64,000 bases of DNA from Minisyncoccota bacterium (GCA_041659365.1 JBAZYH010000003.1:7678-71677), one strand, 5' to 3'. Counted from the first letter of the stretch, positions 30,612 through 40,725 are shown. Notes: generated by a model not told the origin, from the sequence alone. Made by a program: numbers and translations.

Positions 30612-30758
30612 TTAAGGTCTGGTTGTGATTTGTTCTTTGTTACTGGGGCTCTTTTTGTTGGAGAGTACAACTCCCAATATCATAGTTGAAACCACAACCA
30701 CGGTGAGAATCAGGTAAACTCCTTTGATGGTAACTCCCCCATTTTCAAAGATTTTCAT
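30612..30758 (-). CDS. Small membrane peptide (48 aa)
   Basis: RBS-like AAAGGTAAAAAG. Single TM helix. Bracketed by terminator 30550-30588. Confidence 0.3.
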   Translation of the reverse strand: MKIFENGGVTIKGVYLILTVVVVSTMILGVVLSNKKSPSNKEQITTRP

Positions 30759-30856
30759 CTTTTTACCTTTCTTGTTCTAAGGAACGTATTAGTAGGAATC
30801 CTTACCCCTACTTACTCACTGATTATTAAAGCATAATTTAGATTAGATATCAAATA

Positions 30857-31438
30857 TTATAAAATCGGTTGTCCCAACATTTGCCAATTTTTGATTGCCT
30901 CGAAAGGATGTATAAACATGATTATATTTAGTGTTAGATTGTCCCGAACAAAATATGCACAACCCAATTCCATTACTACTATAAGTAGTACACATATCCA
31001 AACTTTTGTACGTGAAGCAAAAATGAAAGCTAAAGACATCCAAACAATATCACTGAGTGAATTTAGTATACTGTCACCAACATATCCTTGGGCTATAGTC
31101 GCCTCTCTATACCTGTTGATTATTAAGGGGGAGTTTTCAAGAATTTCCCAGGTAGATTCAATAATGACTGCCAATATAAATCTATATTTTACTGGTATTT
31201 TTCTAGTTACTAACCAAAGAAAGCCATAGAAGATTAAACCGTGAGCTATGTGCGAAAAAGTATATGGGTCGGCAATACGTTGAGAATTTTCACTACTCCA
31301 AATATTTCCATCCCATAAAGCTATTTTTCCATCAGGTCCAAAAGGCGATCTACCAAAAATAAATTCAGTGATACCAACAATTAAAAGAATTATAAAAGTT
31401 GAAAATATTATAACTCTATATTTTTTAAAAAAATTCAT
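30857..31438 (-). CDS. Hypothetical integral membrane protein (193 aa)
   Basis: 4-5 TM helices with conserved-looking DPYTFSHIAHG. The family cannot be named confidently. Confidence 0.4.
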   Translation of the reverse strand: MNFFKKYRVIIFSTFIILLIVGITEFIFGRSPFGPDGKIALWDGNIWSSENSQRIADPYTFSHIAHGLIFYGFLWLVTRKIPVKYRFILAVIIESTWEILENSPLIINRYREATIAQGYVGDSILNSLSDIVWMSLAFIFASRTKVWICVLLIVVMELGCAYFVRDNLTLNIIMFIHPFEAIKNWQMLGQPIL

Positions 31439-31474
31439 ATGTAATATTATATCAATTTTAAATAATTATAAAAA

Positions 31475-31495
31475 ATCTACCAACAACTGGTAGAT
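31475..31495. terminator. Bidirectional terminator
   Basis: ATCTACCAACAACTGGTAGAT hairpin flanked by A- and T-runs. Confidence 0.65.
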
Positions 31496-31513
31496 TTTTA
31501 TAATCAGTCTTAT

Positions 31514-31948
31514 TTAGCTAGCTTTTGATTTTCTACTAGCTTTTTGTGCAGCCTGAGAAGCTGCTAAGGCTTCTTGTTGAGCTAGTTTGTCGGCAGCTAG
31601 CTTTGCATCAGCTTGTTGTTGAACTAATGTTGCTATTTCAGCTTGTTTGATGGCGATAGCTTTTTGTTGTGCATCATATATTACCTGTTGTTGAAGTGAT
31701 GCATATTCTTCTTGTTGTATTCTTAACTGATCTTTTTTTAATTTATCATTTTCCGAAACGATTTTTAGTCTTAATTGTTCTTTAAGTTGATCTGCCAGAA
31801 TTTGTTTTTCTTTTAAATTTTTTTCCTCAGCTATTTTGGTTGCAATATTTTCAGCTATAACTTTTTTATTATAGAAAAATGAACCACTCAAAAGCATTAG
31901 TGTTATTAGAGAAAATACAATTATTATGTTAATAAGATCTTTTTTCAT
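31514..31948 (-). CDS. Secreted/membrane-anchored coiled-coil protein with Q/A-rich repeats
   Basis: N-terminal TM, then a long heptad-like Q/A/K-rich region. Confidence 0.4.
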   Translation of the reverse strand: MKKDLINIIIVFSLITLMLLSGSFFYNKKVIAENIATKIAEEKNLKEKQILADQLKEQLRLKIVSENDKLKKDQLRIQQEEYASLQQQVIYDAQQKAIAIKQAEIATLVQQQADAKLAADKLAQQEALAASQAAQKASRKSKAS

Positions 31949-31972
31949 TTAAATATAGACATCCTTTTAATC

Positions 31973-32137
31973 TATTTTTTGCCACATATCAGTATCACTT
32001 TTTCTAATACTACAGTCCTCACACTTAAAATCATCAGGTAATTCTTCCCACTTTGTACCTGGTACTATACCCTTTTCAGGTAAACCTTTAGTCTCATCAT
32101 AAATCCAACCACACTCTAAACATATATATTGTGACAT
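31973..32137 (-). CDS. Rubredoxin (54 aa)
   Basis: MSQYICLECGWIYDETKGLPEKGIVPGTKWEELPDDFKCEDCSIRKSDTD has two CxxC(G) knuckles with rubredoxin spacing and the conserved GxxPGTxFxxLPDDWxCP-like core. Below the 60-aa ORF-track cutoff. Confidence 0.8.
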
Positions 32138-32247
32138 TTTTTTAATTTATTTAATAACTTCTACATTTAACATAATATCATGTAAATATGAAAATTAGAT
32201 GAAGAATAGAAAAGTGTAAAGGTAGTGTTTAAAATAGATTTTAATAG

Positions 32248-33201
32248 TTGTTCATCTATTCTTCATCTCAGAATGATATACTTGTTAGTGTTATGAAGGA
32301 ATACGAATATACAGGTAAGGCGATGGGAACAGACTTTTCTATTTCAATAGTTTCTGATTCTAAGGATTTAGCAGATAAGATTGCGAAGGAGAGTATTATA
32401 GAAATTGATAAATATGAGAAAGAATTCTCTAGATTTTTATCTGAAAGTGAATTATCTAAATTAAATTATAGAAAGGAGATGTTGGTTTCTGAAACTTTTA
32501 TCAAAGTGATTGAGGAAGCCTATAAGCTTTATGTTATTACTAATGGTATTTTTAACCCATTAGTACAAATAGAGAGGTTTGGGTATGACAGAGATTTTCC
32601 TAAAATAAACTATAATTATAAAATAGAAGAAAAAGATTATGACATTGATTTTTCTTCGGTGATTATTGATAAAAAAGAAAATAGAATAATTTTGCGTGTG
32701 GGACAAAAGCTTGATTTCGGTGGTTTTTTAAAGGGATACTTAGCTGAATTTATATGTAAAAAGATCAAAAGCCAATCAGAAAATATTAAAGGAGTTATTG
32801 TTAATATTGGTGGGGATATACATACTCAGGGTTTGGATGAATCTAGTAATAAATTTATTTTTAATATTTATAATCCAGTTACCCAAAAAGATGATATTTC
32901 AATACCCCTTTATAATCAGAGTTTAGCCACAAGTGGTATATATAAAAGAAACTGGAAAATAAATAACACTAAGATACATCATATTCTTGATGCTTCTGGT
33001 AAAAGGAATCCAATTTCTGATATTATATCTGTGAGTATTATTCATGAAAATGGTGGAAAGTCAGAGGCATATACAAAAGTCTTTTTATCCATTGGACCAG
33101 AAGAAGCTTTGAAAAGCTTAAAAGATGATAGTATTAAGTTTGTTATTATTAAGAAAGATGGTCAAATAATTGATAATTGTATCGAATGTTTGTGTAGATA
33201 G
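32248..33201 (+). CDS. apbE: FAD:protein FMN transferase (ApbE family)
   Basis: N-terminal AMGT motif and C-terminal ATSGIYKRNW...HHILDASGKRNP (cf. ApbE ATSGDYER...HHIIDPRTG). The real start may be the internal Met at 32293. Confidence 0.7.
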   Translation: MFIYSSSQNDILVSVMKEYEYTGKAMGTDFSISIVSDSKDLADKIAKESIIEIDKYEKEFSRFLSESELSKLNYRKEMLVSETFIKVIEEAYKLYVITNGIFNPLVQIERFGYDRDFPKINYNYKIEEKDYDIDFSSVIIDKKENRIILRVGQKLDFGGFLKGYLAEFICKKIKSQSENIKGVIVNIGGDIHTQGLDESSNKFIFNIYNPVTQKDDISIPLYNQSLATSGIYKRNWKINNTKIHHILDASGKRNPISDIISVSIIHENGGKSEAYTKVFLSIGPEEALKSLKDDSIKFVIIKKDGQIIDNCIECLCR

Positions 33202-33231
33202 TCACTGTGCGACAGAAATTTAAAAAATCAA

Positions 33232-33831
33232 ATGAAAAATTATTTATATACAATTCAATTTTTACAAAAGTTTTTGTTAGGTATATCAATCTTAATAATG
33301 CTTATTTTGCCATTATTAATAGTTTTTTTACCAAATGGATTATCAGAAAGTATAACATTTCGTCTATATGATTTATCTCACTTAACTATTTTTCTTGTAA
33401 TGATAATCAGACCACTGGCTGATATTTTAACAAAAACAAAACTTATAAGACCACTTGTTATTCTAAGAAAAAGTGTAGGAGTTTTATCAGCTTCTGTGAT
33501 TATCTCATTTATATTTGCCAAAATAATTATTGATCCAACAAATTATTTTGCTTCTTTTTTTACAGCCAACTATTGGTCTTTAAATAATTATTTGATTTTA
33601 GCTCACCTTGCAGATATATCAGCGATTTTACTTTTAATTACCTCAAATAATTTTTCTAAAAGAATTTTGGGTGTTTGGTGGAAGAGAATTCAAAAGCTCT
33701 CATATCTGTATTTTTACGCGAGTTCTTTTTATGTATTCTATACACTAGATAATAATATAGTTTTGTTTTCTATTATAATAGTCACGGTTTTGACAACAAT
33801 CGCCTATATTATAAATAGAAAAAAATATTAA
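33232..33831 (+). CDS. Ferric-reductase-like (MsrQ/YedZ-type) transmembrane protein
   Basis: About 6 TM helices with His in alternate helices and an RPLxxxxK..IRPLVILRKSVG motif, as in heme-b FRD domains. Tentative. Confidence 0.4.
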   Translation: MKNYLYTIQFLQKFLLGISILIMLILPLLIVFLPNGLSESITFRLYDLSHLTIFLVMIIRPLADILTKTKLIRPLVILRKSVGVLSASVIISFIFAKIIIDPTNYFASFFTANYWSLNNYLILAHLADISAILLLITSNNFSKRILGVWWKRIQKLSYLYFYASSFYVFYTLDNNIVLFSIIIVTVLTTIAYIINRKKY

Positions 33832-33843
33832 AATATAAAGAAT

Positions 33844-34545
33844 ATGGGTGTTAAAAAAACTTTTGGAAAAATTATTGAGATAGTTGATCTATCAAAGACG
33901 GCGAAAGAAATTAAGGTTAAATTAGAAGAACCAATAAATTTTATTGCAGGTAGTTTTATAAATATATTTTTGGATATAGACGGAGAAAAAGTTAGAAGGG
34001 CTTATTCTATATCTTCATCAGATCAAGAACAAAATATTATTTCTTTTTCTATGAGATTAATCCCTAAAGGTAGAATCACTTCTGTTTTTTGGAATAGAAA
34101 TATGTTAGACGAAAGAATCGAAATAATGGGACCACTCGGTTTAAATACAGCTGAAAAGATGAATAATAAAAAGATATATCTTTTTGCTTTTGGTATTGGC
34201 GCTGGGGTTGTAAAATCATTGGCAAATCATTTTTACAATAAAGATAAAACAGAAGATTTGATGATTATGACTGGTAGTCGATTTGAAGATGAGATTATTC
34301 ATAAAAAATATTTTGATAATCTTGCCAGAACAAATAAAAAAGTAAAAGTATCACACATTGTCTCTCGTACACAAGAAGGTTCTTTATTTAAAAAGGGTTA
34401 TGTTCAAGATTATGTAAATGATCTTTCTTTTGATGATTCAGACGTGTATGTTTGTGGTCAGAAATCAGCTTGTAATGATTTAATACAAAAAATAAGAGAA
34501 AAAAAACCTGTTAATTGCAATTTCTTTATTGAAGGATTTAACTAA
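33844..34545 (+). CDS. FNR-like FAD/NAD(P)-binding oxidoreductase
   Basis: RAYSISS (the RxYS FAD-binding motif) and a GIGAGV NAD(P)-binding segment. Length 233 aa. Partner of the upstream FRD-like membrane protein. Confidence 0.65.
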   Translation: MGVKKTFGKIIEIVDLSKTAKEIKVKLEEPINFIAGSFINIFLDIDGEKVRRAYSISSSDQEQNIISFSMRLIPKGRITSVFWNRNMLDERIEIMGPLGLNTAEKMNNKKIYLFAFGIGAGVVKSLANHFYNKDKTEDLMIMTGSRFEDEIIHKKYFDNLARTNKKVKVSHIVSRTQEGSLFKKGYVQDYVNDLSFDDSDVYVCGQKSACNDLIQKIREKKPVNCNFFIEGFN

Positions 34546-34948
34546 TCTTATTTAAATCACCATCAATAAGTATTGGATTAAAACCAATTATTTCATCTTT
34601 TAATATACCCTCTGGGATATCATTATATAAGAATATTTTTTTCTCAAATTTGAATGCATCATACATTTCTAAAAAGGTCGCTCCACCTATATAGTTTTTA
34701 TATTCTCCTTTATCAAAATTCAATACCAAGACAGCATCTTGTTTTTCGATTTCTCCAATACTTTGTTTAAACATATTTGATTTCCACTTTGCGTGTTCTT
34801 CTCTGCCTAATTCTCTAAGTCTTGCTTCAGTTCCAGGGTCTTCAAAACAATTTGGTAGCGTTATCTCATGATTATTTTTCTCTAAGACATCTTTAATTTC
34901 AGGAATTTTATCATAAAATCTCTTACTACAGATTATAAAAATTTTCAT
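34538..34948 (-). CDS. Hypothetical Rossmann-like protein (possible nucleoside 2-deoxyribosyltransferase-like fold)
   Basis: MKIFIICSKRF start is consistent with the RBS. Weak resemblance to NDT/YtoQ-like folds. The true start is probably the Met at 34948 rather than the track start at 35005. Confidence 0.3.
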   Translation of the reverse strand: MKIFIICSKRFYDKIPEIKDVLEKNNHEITLPNCFEDPGTEARLRELGREEHAKWKSNMFKQSIGEIEKQDAVLVLNFDKGEYKNYIGGATFLEMYDAFKFEKKIFLYNDIPEGILKDEIIGFNPILIDGDLNKIS

Positions 34949-34987
34949 ATATGAAATTATATCAAATTTTATGTTAAAATAAATATT

Positions 34988-35599
34988 ATGGATCAAAACA
35001 AACAAGAACTAATTAAAAAAATAGAACATTTAAATCTGCCAGATTATATTATAATTACCTCTGCAAGTTCTATTAAGGTAGAAACAGTTAAAAAAACCTT
35101 TAAACAATTATTCCCCAATAGAGAATTTAATATCATCGGTGTTAAGGCTAATTCATCTATAAATGAACAACCTGTTGGTGATGAGACTAAACAAGGAGCA
35201 CTAAATAGAATTATTGATGCAGAAAGGATAAAAAAAGAAGAAGGTTATATTACTCCAAGCACTTTTATAAGTATTGAAAATGGAATATTTAAAACTAATG
35301 ATGGTAAATATGAGGATAAGGCAGTAGTTGTTATAAAATTATCCAATGGACAAATATTTTCTGAGATTTCATCTCGCGGAGTAATCTTCCCTACTGAAGC
35401 AGTAGAGGCTACTATTAGAAAAGAAGGTGGTTTCAAAGATCATACCGTTGGTTCAACAATTGCAGAAATTTTTGCAGAAAAAGGTATTATTATAAACAAA
35501 CAAGATCCACACAGTGCTTTAACTAGTGGTGAATTTTCTAGAGAAGATCAAATAACTTCTACTATTGAAGAATTATTTGAGAGAATACCTAATAATTAA
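34988..35599 (+). CDS. Non-canonical purine NTP phosphatase (YjjX/DUF84, ITPase/XTPase)
   Basis: SSIKVETV...SSINEQPVGDETKQGALNR parallels the YjjX [24 protein letters not shown] block. Confidence 0.6.
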   Translation: MDQNKQELIKKIEHLNLPDYIIITSASSIKVETVKKTFKQLFPNREFNIIGVKANSSINEQPVGDETKQGALNRIIDAERIKKEEGYITPSTFISIENGIFKTNDGKYEDKAVVVIKLSNGQIFSEISSRGVIFPTEAVEATIRKEGGFKDHTVGSTIAEIFAEKGIIINKQDPHSALTSGEFSREDQITSTIEELFERIPNN

Positions 35600-36682
35600 T
35601 ATTTTCTTTATTATCCATCCTATAAAAATAAAAAATAATAAATATAATACTGTAGCAAGCCATGCAGGTAAAAAACGATAAAAAATATCAAATCTAGATA
35701 AAATCGGCCAATGAATCAAATAAATTTCATAAGAGAATATACCAAACCAATAGAATAAACGATTTTCAAATTTTGAAATTAAAAATAAAAGAATTATTAC
35801 TCCACTAGTTAGCAAACTAGTTAATTGTTCGTACCAGTAAAAATCACCAACATGAGAATAATAAGCAGTGTAGCCCATTAAGCAAACTAAAAATATTACA
35901 AATAAGTAGTAACTAATTTTCTTAATAATTTTATAATATTTACTATTTTTCCAGTTTTGTTTAGTAATTACTTCAAATAGATTATCTTTATATTTGAAAA
36001 CTAGACCACCAATAAAAACGCCTGAAGGAAAAGCTAAGAAATGTAACTTATATAAATACATAACCTGTTTTAATATTTGTGGATTCCAGAGTGTCATTAA
36101 ATAGCCTATTATAGCTAAGGTCATTCCAGTTATCCAAGGGTGTTTACGATAAAAGACTAAAGGAAACAATAAATAATAAAAGACAATAAAAGTAAAATAC
36201 CAAAGTGGCGAGTTTATATCTAAAAATAGATCAGCACGTGGAAAGAAACCTAAAAGCGATTGTCCTATATAGCTAAAACTATAGATTTTATTTAAAACTA
36301 AGAAATCTAGGATGAAGAAAAATAGAAGTGTTAACCAAAATGGTTTGTAAAGTTTTAATAACTGATGTTTGTAAAAATTTGGTATAGATATTTCTTTTGA
36401 TAGATTACTAGTAACCATGCCATAACCAGATAAGAGTAAAAATATATTAACCCCAACACCACCAAGAATAGAAAGTGGAAATAAGAAACTATGGTCACTG
36501 ACTAGTGAATACCCCAGATGAGAAAAAACAACAGCAAGAATACTAAGACCTTTTAGTTCTTGAGTGAGAACTAAAGAAAAACCACTGGTTGTCTTTTTCC
36601 GAAAAGTAAAAATAAAAATAATTATAAAAAGTATTAGAAAAATTTGTGTCGATTGAACTACATTACTTATTTCGATAATCAT
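35573..36682 (-). CDS. Acyltransferase family 3 (OafA-like) membrane O-acyltransferase
   Basis: LKGLSILAVVFSHLGY (cf. GLRGIAALLVVLFH), about 10 TM helices, 369 aa. Confidence 0.6.
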   Translation of the reverse strand: MIIEISNVVQSTQIFLILFIIIFIFTFRKKTTSGFSLVLTQELKGLSILAVVFSHLGYSLVSDHSFLFPLSILGGVGVNIFLLLSGYGMVTSNLSKEISIPNFYKHQLLKLYKPFWLTLLFFFILDFLVLNKIYSFSYIGQSLLGFFPRADLFLDINSPLWYFTFIVFYYLLFPLVFYRKHPWITGMTLAIIGYLMTLWNPQILKQVMYLYKLHFLAFPSGVFIGGLVFKYKDNLFEVITKQNWKNSKYYKIIKKISYYLFVIFLVCLMGYTAYYSHVGDFYWYEQLTSLLTSGVIILLFLISKFENRLFYWFGIFSYEIYLIHWPILSRFDIFYRFLPAWLATVLYLLFFIFIGWIIKKILIIRYSLK

Positions 36683-36690
36683 ATAATTAT

Positions 36691-37539
36691 TTATTTAAAC
36701 AAATCTAAAAATTTCATTGGATCAATAGAAATATTGTTAATCCTTATTGTAAGATGTAAATGTGGTTGCTCTGCATAGCCTGTCTGACCCGCGTATCCTA
36801 TAAGTTGTCCTGGTAAGACCAATTCTCCTTGATTTACTTTAATTTTTGATAGATGCATATAGAAGCTCATTAAACCTAATCCATGGTCTACAACGACCGT
36901 TTTACCGTAATTACGGAAGGTTTTAACAAGTCTTACCACCCCTCTATTAACCGCTGTAACTTTAGTTGTCTCATTTGCTCGAAAATCTACACCTTTGTGT
37001 GCTATTGAATATTGTCCTGTAATCCTTGTGTAGCCATATGGGTCTGTTACGAAAGGTTTTAATACTGGATAGATAAAATCATTTGTCCAAAAAGATTTTT
37101 TACCAGTATTTAATGATGCTAATTGTTTATTTTCAATAGCTAGAGTGTTGACCAAATTAGTCTGACTCGTTGTAGAATTACCGCCAAGCTTTTCTGGTAT
37201 ACCTAGTGGTGCCTCATATTTTTTACTTGCACCTACAACAATTTTTTTCTCAAGTTTTGTGCCGTTTGGAAAATCAACAGATAAAAGATATTCACCTGAT
37301 TTAAAATTTAAATCAACACCATAAAGTGCAGTAACAGTATTTTTAAATAAGAAAGGTTTAAGTATTTGTTTATTGAAAGTTATTTGGGAAATTTTAGATA
37401 AATCATTTAGGTTTTCAATTTTTATTATCATGGGCTCACCTTGCAACGGCTTTTCTGGTGTAACTGTTAAAACCGGTAACATTGCAAAAGTAATAGTCGG
37501 AGTAAAAATTAACATTAGTATTATAATTATACTTTTCAT
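36691..37539 (-). CDS. M23 family metallopeptidase (secreted)
   Basis: Signal/TM, then HKGVDFRANETTKVTAVNRGVV...HLHLTI M23 motifs. Confidence 0.8.
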   Translation of the reverse strand: MKSIIIILMLIFTPTITFAMLPVLTVTPEKPLQGEPMIIKIENLNDLSKISQITFNKQILKPFLFKNTVTALYGVDLNFKSGEYLLSVDFPNGTKLEKKIVVGASKKYEAPLGIPEKLGGNSTTSQTNLVNTLAIENKQLASLNTGKKSFWTNDFIYPVLKPFVTDPYGYTRITGQYSIAHKGVDFRANETTKVTAVNRGVVRLVKTFRNYGKTVVVDHGLGLMSFYMHLSKIKVNQGELVLPGQLIGYAGQTGYAEQPHLHLTIRINNISIDPMKFLDLFK

Positions 37540-37588
37540 TACATAATTATATACCTATTTTAATAAAACATGATATATTTATGACACA

Positions 37589-38038
37589 ATGAAAGTACAA
37601 AAAATTCCCTTTGATGAGTTTAAAAAAATCTATAGTAGGGTTCCCAGATTGTGTGTTGAGGTGGTCTTTATAAGAAATAATTCACTCTTACTTATCAAGA
37701 GAACTATTGAGCCGGCGGTAGGACAATGGCACACACCTGGGGGTACAGTATTAAAAGGAGAAGATTTAGAAAATGCTGTAAAAAGAGTTGCTTATGAAGA
37801 GCTCGGTATAAAAATAAAAGTTTTAAAATTTATTGGTATTATTGAATATAAGTCTTATATAAATCATTATAGTCAAGATATAAGTCTCGCTTTTCTTGTA
37901 GAATCAAAAAGTAAGGATATTAACCTAGATGGACATGCTGATGAATACAATTTCTTTTCAGAAATTCCTAAAAATACTATTTTAGAACAAAAAAAGTTTT
38001 ATTTTAAAAATCTTGATATTAAAATATCAAAAAAATAA
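37589..38038 (+). CDS. NUDIX hydrolase
   Basis: Nudix box GGTVLKGEDLENAVKRVAYEELGI. Confidence 0.75.
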   Translation: MKVQKIPFDEFKKIYSRVPRLCVEVVFIRNNSLLLIKRTIEPAVGQWHTPGGTVLKGEDLENAVKRVAYEELGIKIKVLKFIGIIEYKSYINHYSQDISLAFLVESKSKDINLDGHADEYNFFSEIPKNTILEQKKFYFKNLDIKISKK

Positions 38039-38042
38039 TATT

Positions 38043-38477
38043 TTAATGTATTTTTCCTAAGTAAAATAATGAAAAGATTTCATTAATACTTTTTATTTTA
38101 TTGAGTTTTGTAGATGGTAGTATTTCTTCTGACAAGAAGTTGGCTTCCTCGATTGTTTCTTCTAGTAGACGTTTACCTCCTGATGCAAGTTTTACGTAGC
38201 TTACGCGAGCATCTTCTCCACTAGCTTCTCTTTTTACTAAACCAGACTTTTCCATAGGAAGAAGCATCCTTGTTATACCAGAAGGAGTTATACCTATCTT
38301 ATCTGCAAGATCAATTCTCCTCATTTTCTCATCTGGAGTCTGGCTTAAATGATAAAGTATTATTAGATCATTAAAACCGAGGCCTCCTATGAGATGTCTA
38401 TCAAAAGCTTGATTTATTTTTGCATAGGCTTGGGCTAACGTAATAAAAAAATTTAATTGTGTATTTATTGTTTTCAT
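38043..38477 (-). CDS. MarR-family transcriptional regulator
   Basis: Winged-helix core IDLADKIGITPSGITRMLLPMEKSGLV. Length 144 aa. Confidence 0.75.
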   Translation of the reverse strand: MKTINTQLNFFITLAQAYAKINQAFDRHLIGGLGFNDLIILYHLSQTPDEKMRRIDLADKIGITPSGITRMLLPMEKSGLVKREASGEDARVSYVKLASGGKRLLEETIEEANFLSEEILPSTKLNKIKSINEIFSLFYLGKIH

Positions 38478-38565
38478 AATGTTTGATTAGTCAATGATAT
38501 ATCAAACATTTATAAAAGTCAATAAAAAAAGAATAGATACCTTATTTGTATTTTGTCTTTGCGAG

Positions 38566-38758
38566 CGAATGCGAAGCAATCCAGGATTCAAATTAAGATG
38601 GATTGCTTCCTTACAGGAACTGTGACACAGGGTTACTTCTTGTTTACTAATTCGCTTTGCTCATAAGAAAACAAAGTCGTACACTTTTCACATTTTAATT
38701 ACAAAACGTTCAAGGTCTTTCATTTGGGCCCCACCCCAAATTTCAACTCGCAAAGACG
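38566..38758. repeat. Family-C composite element with internal TTTGGGCCCCACCCCAAA hairpin
   Basis: TCTTTGCGAGCGAATGCGAAGCAATCCAGG ... CTCGCAAAGACGCC. The internal hairpin is the reverse complement of the one at 8889-8904. Confidence 0.55.
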
Positions 38759-38821
38759 CCAAAAAGATAATAAATACTCCCTCATGCTTTCTATTGAGGG
38801 TAGTTTTATTAGTTAATATTT

Positions 38822-39718
38822 TTATTTAGCAATATTGTAATACTGAAATAGTGCTTTGATTCCTGCTAAGTTTTTGTCCCATTCTATAGTTTCGTGCGTT
38901 TTTAGCTCTACTGTAATGGCTGGAATGTTTATAGAAGCTAGCCATCCTTCTGCATCCCCTATTATTGCATAACTATCGAAAACGTCTGATGTTGAGTATC
39001 CAGAAGCTTTTGCGTATGCATTCATAATATTGCGTGTATCCGAAAGAATACCGTTGTTACATTCTGATGCATATACTGTGCCTGATTGACTATGAAAGAA
39101 TACGACAGCCTTAGGATTATTTTCTAAAACAAAACTCTGAATGGCTTTAGTTTCTGGTTCAGAAAAAGCACTTGTTCCTGCACTTACAATATTTCCCTTC
39201 CAAGTACTTGTTGCTTTCCAGTTACAATTAAAGTTACGGTTAAGATCTACTTTGTGAGCATTAAATCGTGCTAAAGAAGCTTGTGACTCGTCTTTGGGTA
39301 GATCAGCGACTGTAAACTTCCCTTCCTTGCCTATTAGTTTATATAAACCATCTGGATTGGCTGAAGGTATTATTGTAACTGTTAGATTAGCCGGAATAAT
39401 AGTTGGGTTTGCATCAATATGGTCTATAAATCTATAAGCTAGAAAAACACTGTTCCATTCATATCCACCGTGTATTCCACCAACGAAAGCTATATGATTT
39501 TTTCCACTTCCATATGTATAAGATTCAATCTTTCTGCCTTCTACAGAATATCCAATTATTTTATATTTTGGACCAACTTCTTTTTGTTCAACTGGAGGTG
39601 TAGATGTTATTTCGGGATGATAGTGTTTATATATAAAAGTAGATACAAATAAAACTAAACTAAATACAACAATTGCAATAATTGTTGTAATAGCTTTTTT
39701 AGAAAAAACAGATCTCAT
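38822..39718 (-). CDS. M14-family zinc carboxypeptidase-like (gamma-D-Glu-DAP / murein peptide amidase-like), membrane-anchored; paralog 1
   Basis: GGIHGGYEWN (HxxE-like zinc site), NPDGL, DLNRNF, and a later His. N-terminal TM. Confidence 0.65.
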   Translation of the reverse strand: MRSVFSKKAITTIIAIVVFSLVLFVSTFIYKHYHPEITSTPPVEQKEVGPKYKIIGYSVEGRKIESYTYGSGKNHIAFVGGIHGGYEWNSVFLAYRFIDHIDANPTIIPANLTVTIIPSANPDGLYKLIGKEGKFTVADLPKDESQASLARFNAHKVDLNRNFNCNWKATSTWKGNIVSAGTSAFSEPETKAIQSFVLENNPKAVVFFHSQSGTVYASECNNGILSDTRNIMNAYAKASGYSTSDVFDSYAIIGDAEGWLASINIPAITVELKTHETIEWDKNLAGIKALFQYYNIAK

Positions 39719-40626
39719 TATTTAGTATAGTATTTAAGTAGTGCATCTATACCAGCTTTGTTTTTTGTCCATTCAGTATCACTGTGGTTTGTAAGAAGTA
39801 CACTGATAGCTGGGATTTTTTCTTTTGCGAGCCAATTTACCATATCTCCAGTTATTTCATAAGAATCAAATTCGTCATATGCTTTATATCCAGAAGCTTT
39901 TGCAAAAGTATTTGTAAGGGTTTTTGTTTCAGCTAGTATTCCATTGTGACAGCTTGAAGAATATACTCCACCGGCAGCACTATACCAAACTACAACCGCG
40001 CTTAGTTTATTTGTAGCTACGTAATTCTTAATAGCCTGACTTTCTGATTCAGAAAATACTTCATCTCCACCACTTACAGTTTTGCTCTGCCATTTACCTG
40101 TAGACTGCCAATCACAATCAAAGTTACGGTTTAGATCTACATCATTTGCATTAAAACGTCCAGAAGTTACTACTGTTTGTGATTTCGATACATCTCCTGC
40201 TGTAAATCTTCCTGAAGTACCTACAACCTTATTTAAACCATCAGGATTTAATACTGGGATAATAGTTACTTTTAAATTACTAGGAAGAATACTAGGATTT
40301 GCTTTTAGATAATCCATTGCTTCATAAGCAACAAGTGTTGTGTTCCATTCATATCCGCCATGTATTCCTCCAACGAGTAAGAGCTCTTTGGTACCAGTAC
40401 CATAGTGATATGCGATAATATCTCTACCCTCGGTAGATTTTCCAATAATTGTTTTCTCTTTATCAATAGGTTTTGTATTTGTGGCGTTATTTTCCACATC
40501 GACTGTGGTAGTTGCTAAGTTTTGATCATTTTCAACAACTACATTATTAGATGAATTTTTAATAAAATAATAAACCCCAACACCAACAAGAATAATAACT
40601 ACCAATGCAATAATTGTCTTTTTCAT
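39718..40626 (-). CDS. M14-family zinc carboxypeptidase-like; paralog 2 (tandem duplicate)
   Basis: Same motif set (GGIHGGYEWN, NPDGL, DLNRNF). About 45% identical to the downstream paralog. Confidence 0.65.
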   Translation of the reverse strand: MKKTIIALVVIILVGVGVYYFIKNSSNNVVVENDQNLATTTVDVENNATNTKPIDKEKTIIGKSTEGRDIIAYHYGTGTKELLLVGGIHGGYEWNTTLVAYEAMDYLKANPSILPSNLKVTIIPVLNPDGLNKVVGTSGRFTAGDVSKSQTVVTSGRFNANDVDLNRNFDCDWQSTGKWQSKTVSGGDEVFSESESQAIKNYVATNKLSAVVVWYSAAGGVYSSSCHNGILAETKTLTNTFAKASGYKAYDEFDSYEITGDMVNWLAKEKIPAISVLLTNHSDTEWTKNKAGIDALLKYYTK

Positions 40627-40725
40627 AATACTACTATTTTACCATATTTTTGTCTTTAAATCAGCAAGTAAAGATACAAAAAAGCTCACAACTTTTTGTC
40701 CTTATATATCAATATAAAAAAGAAT

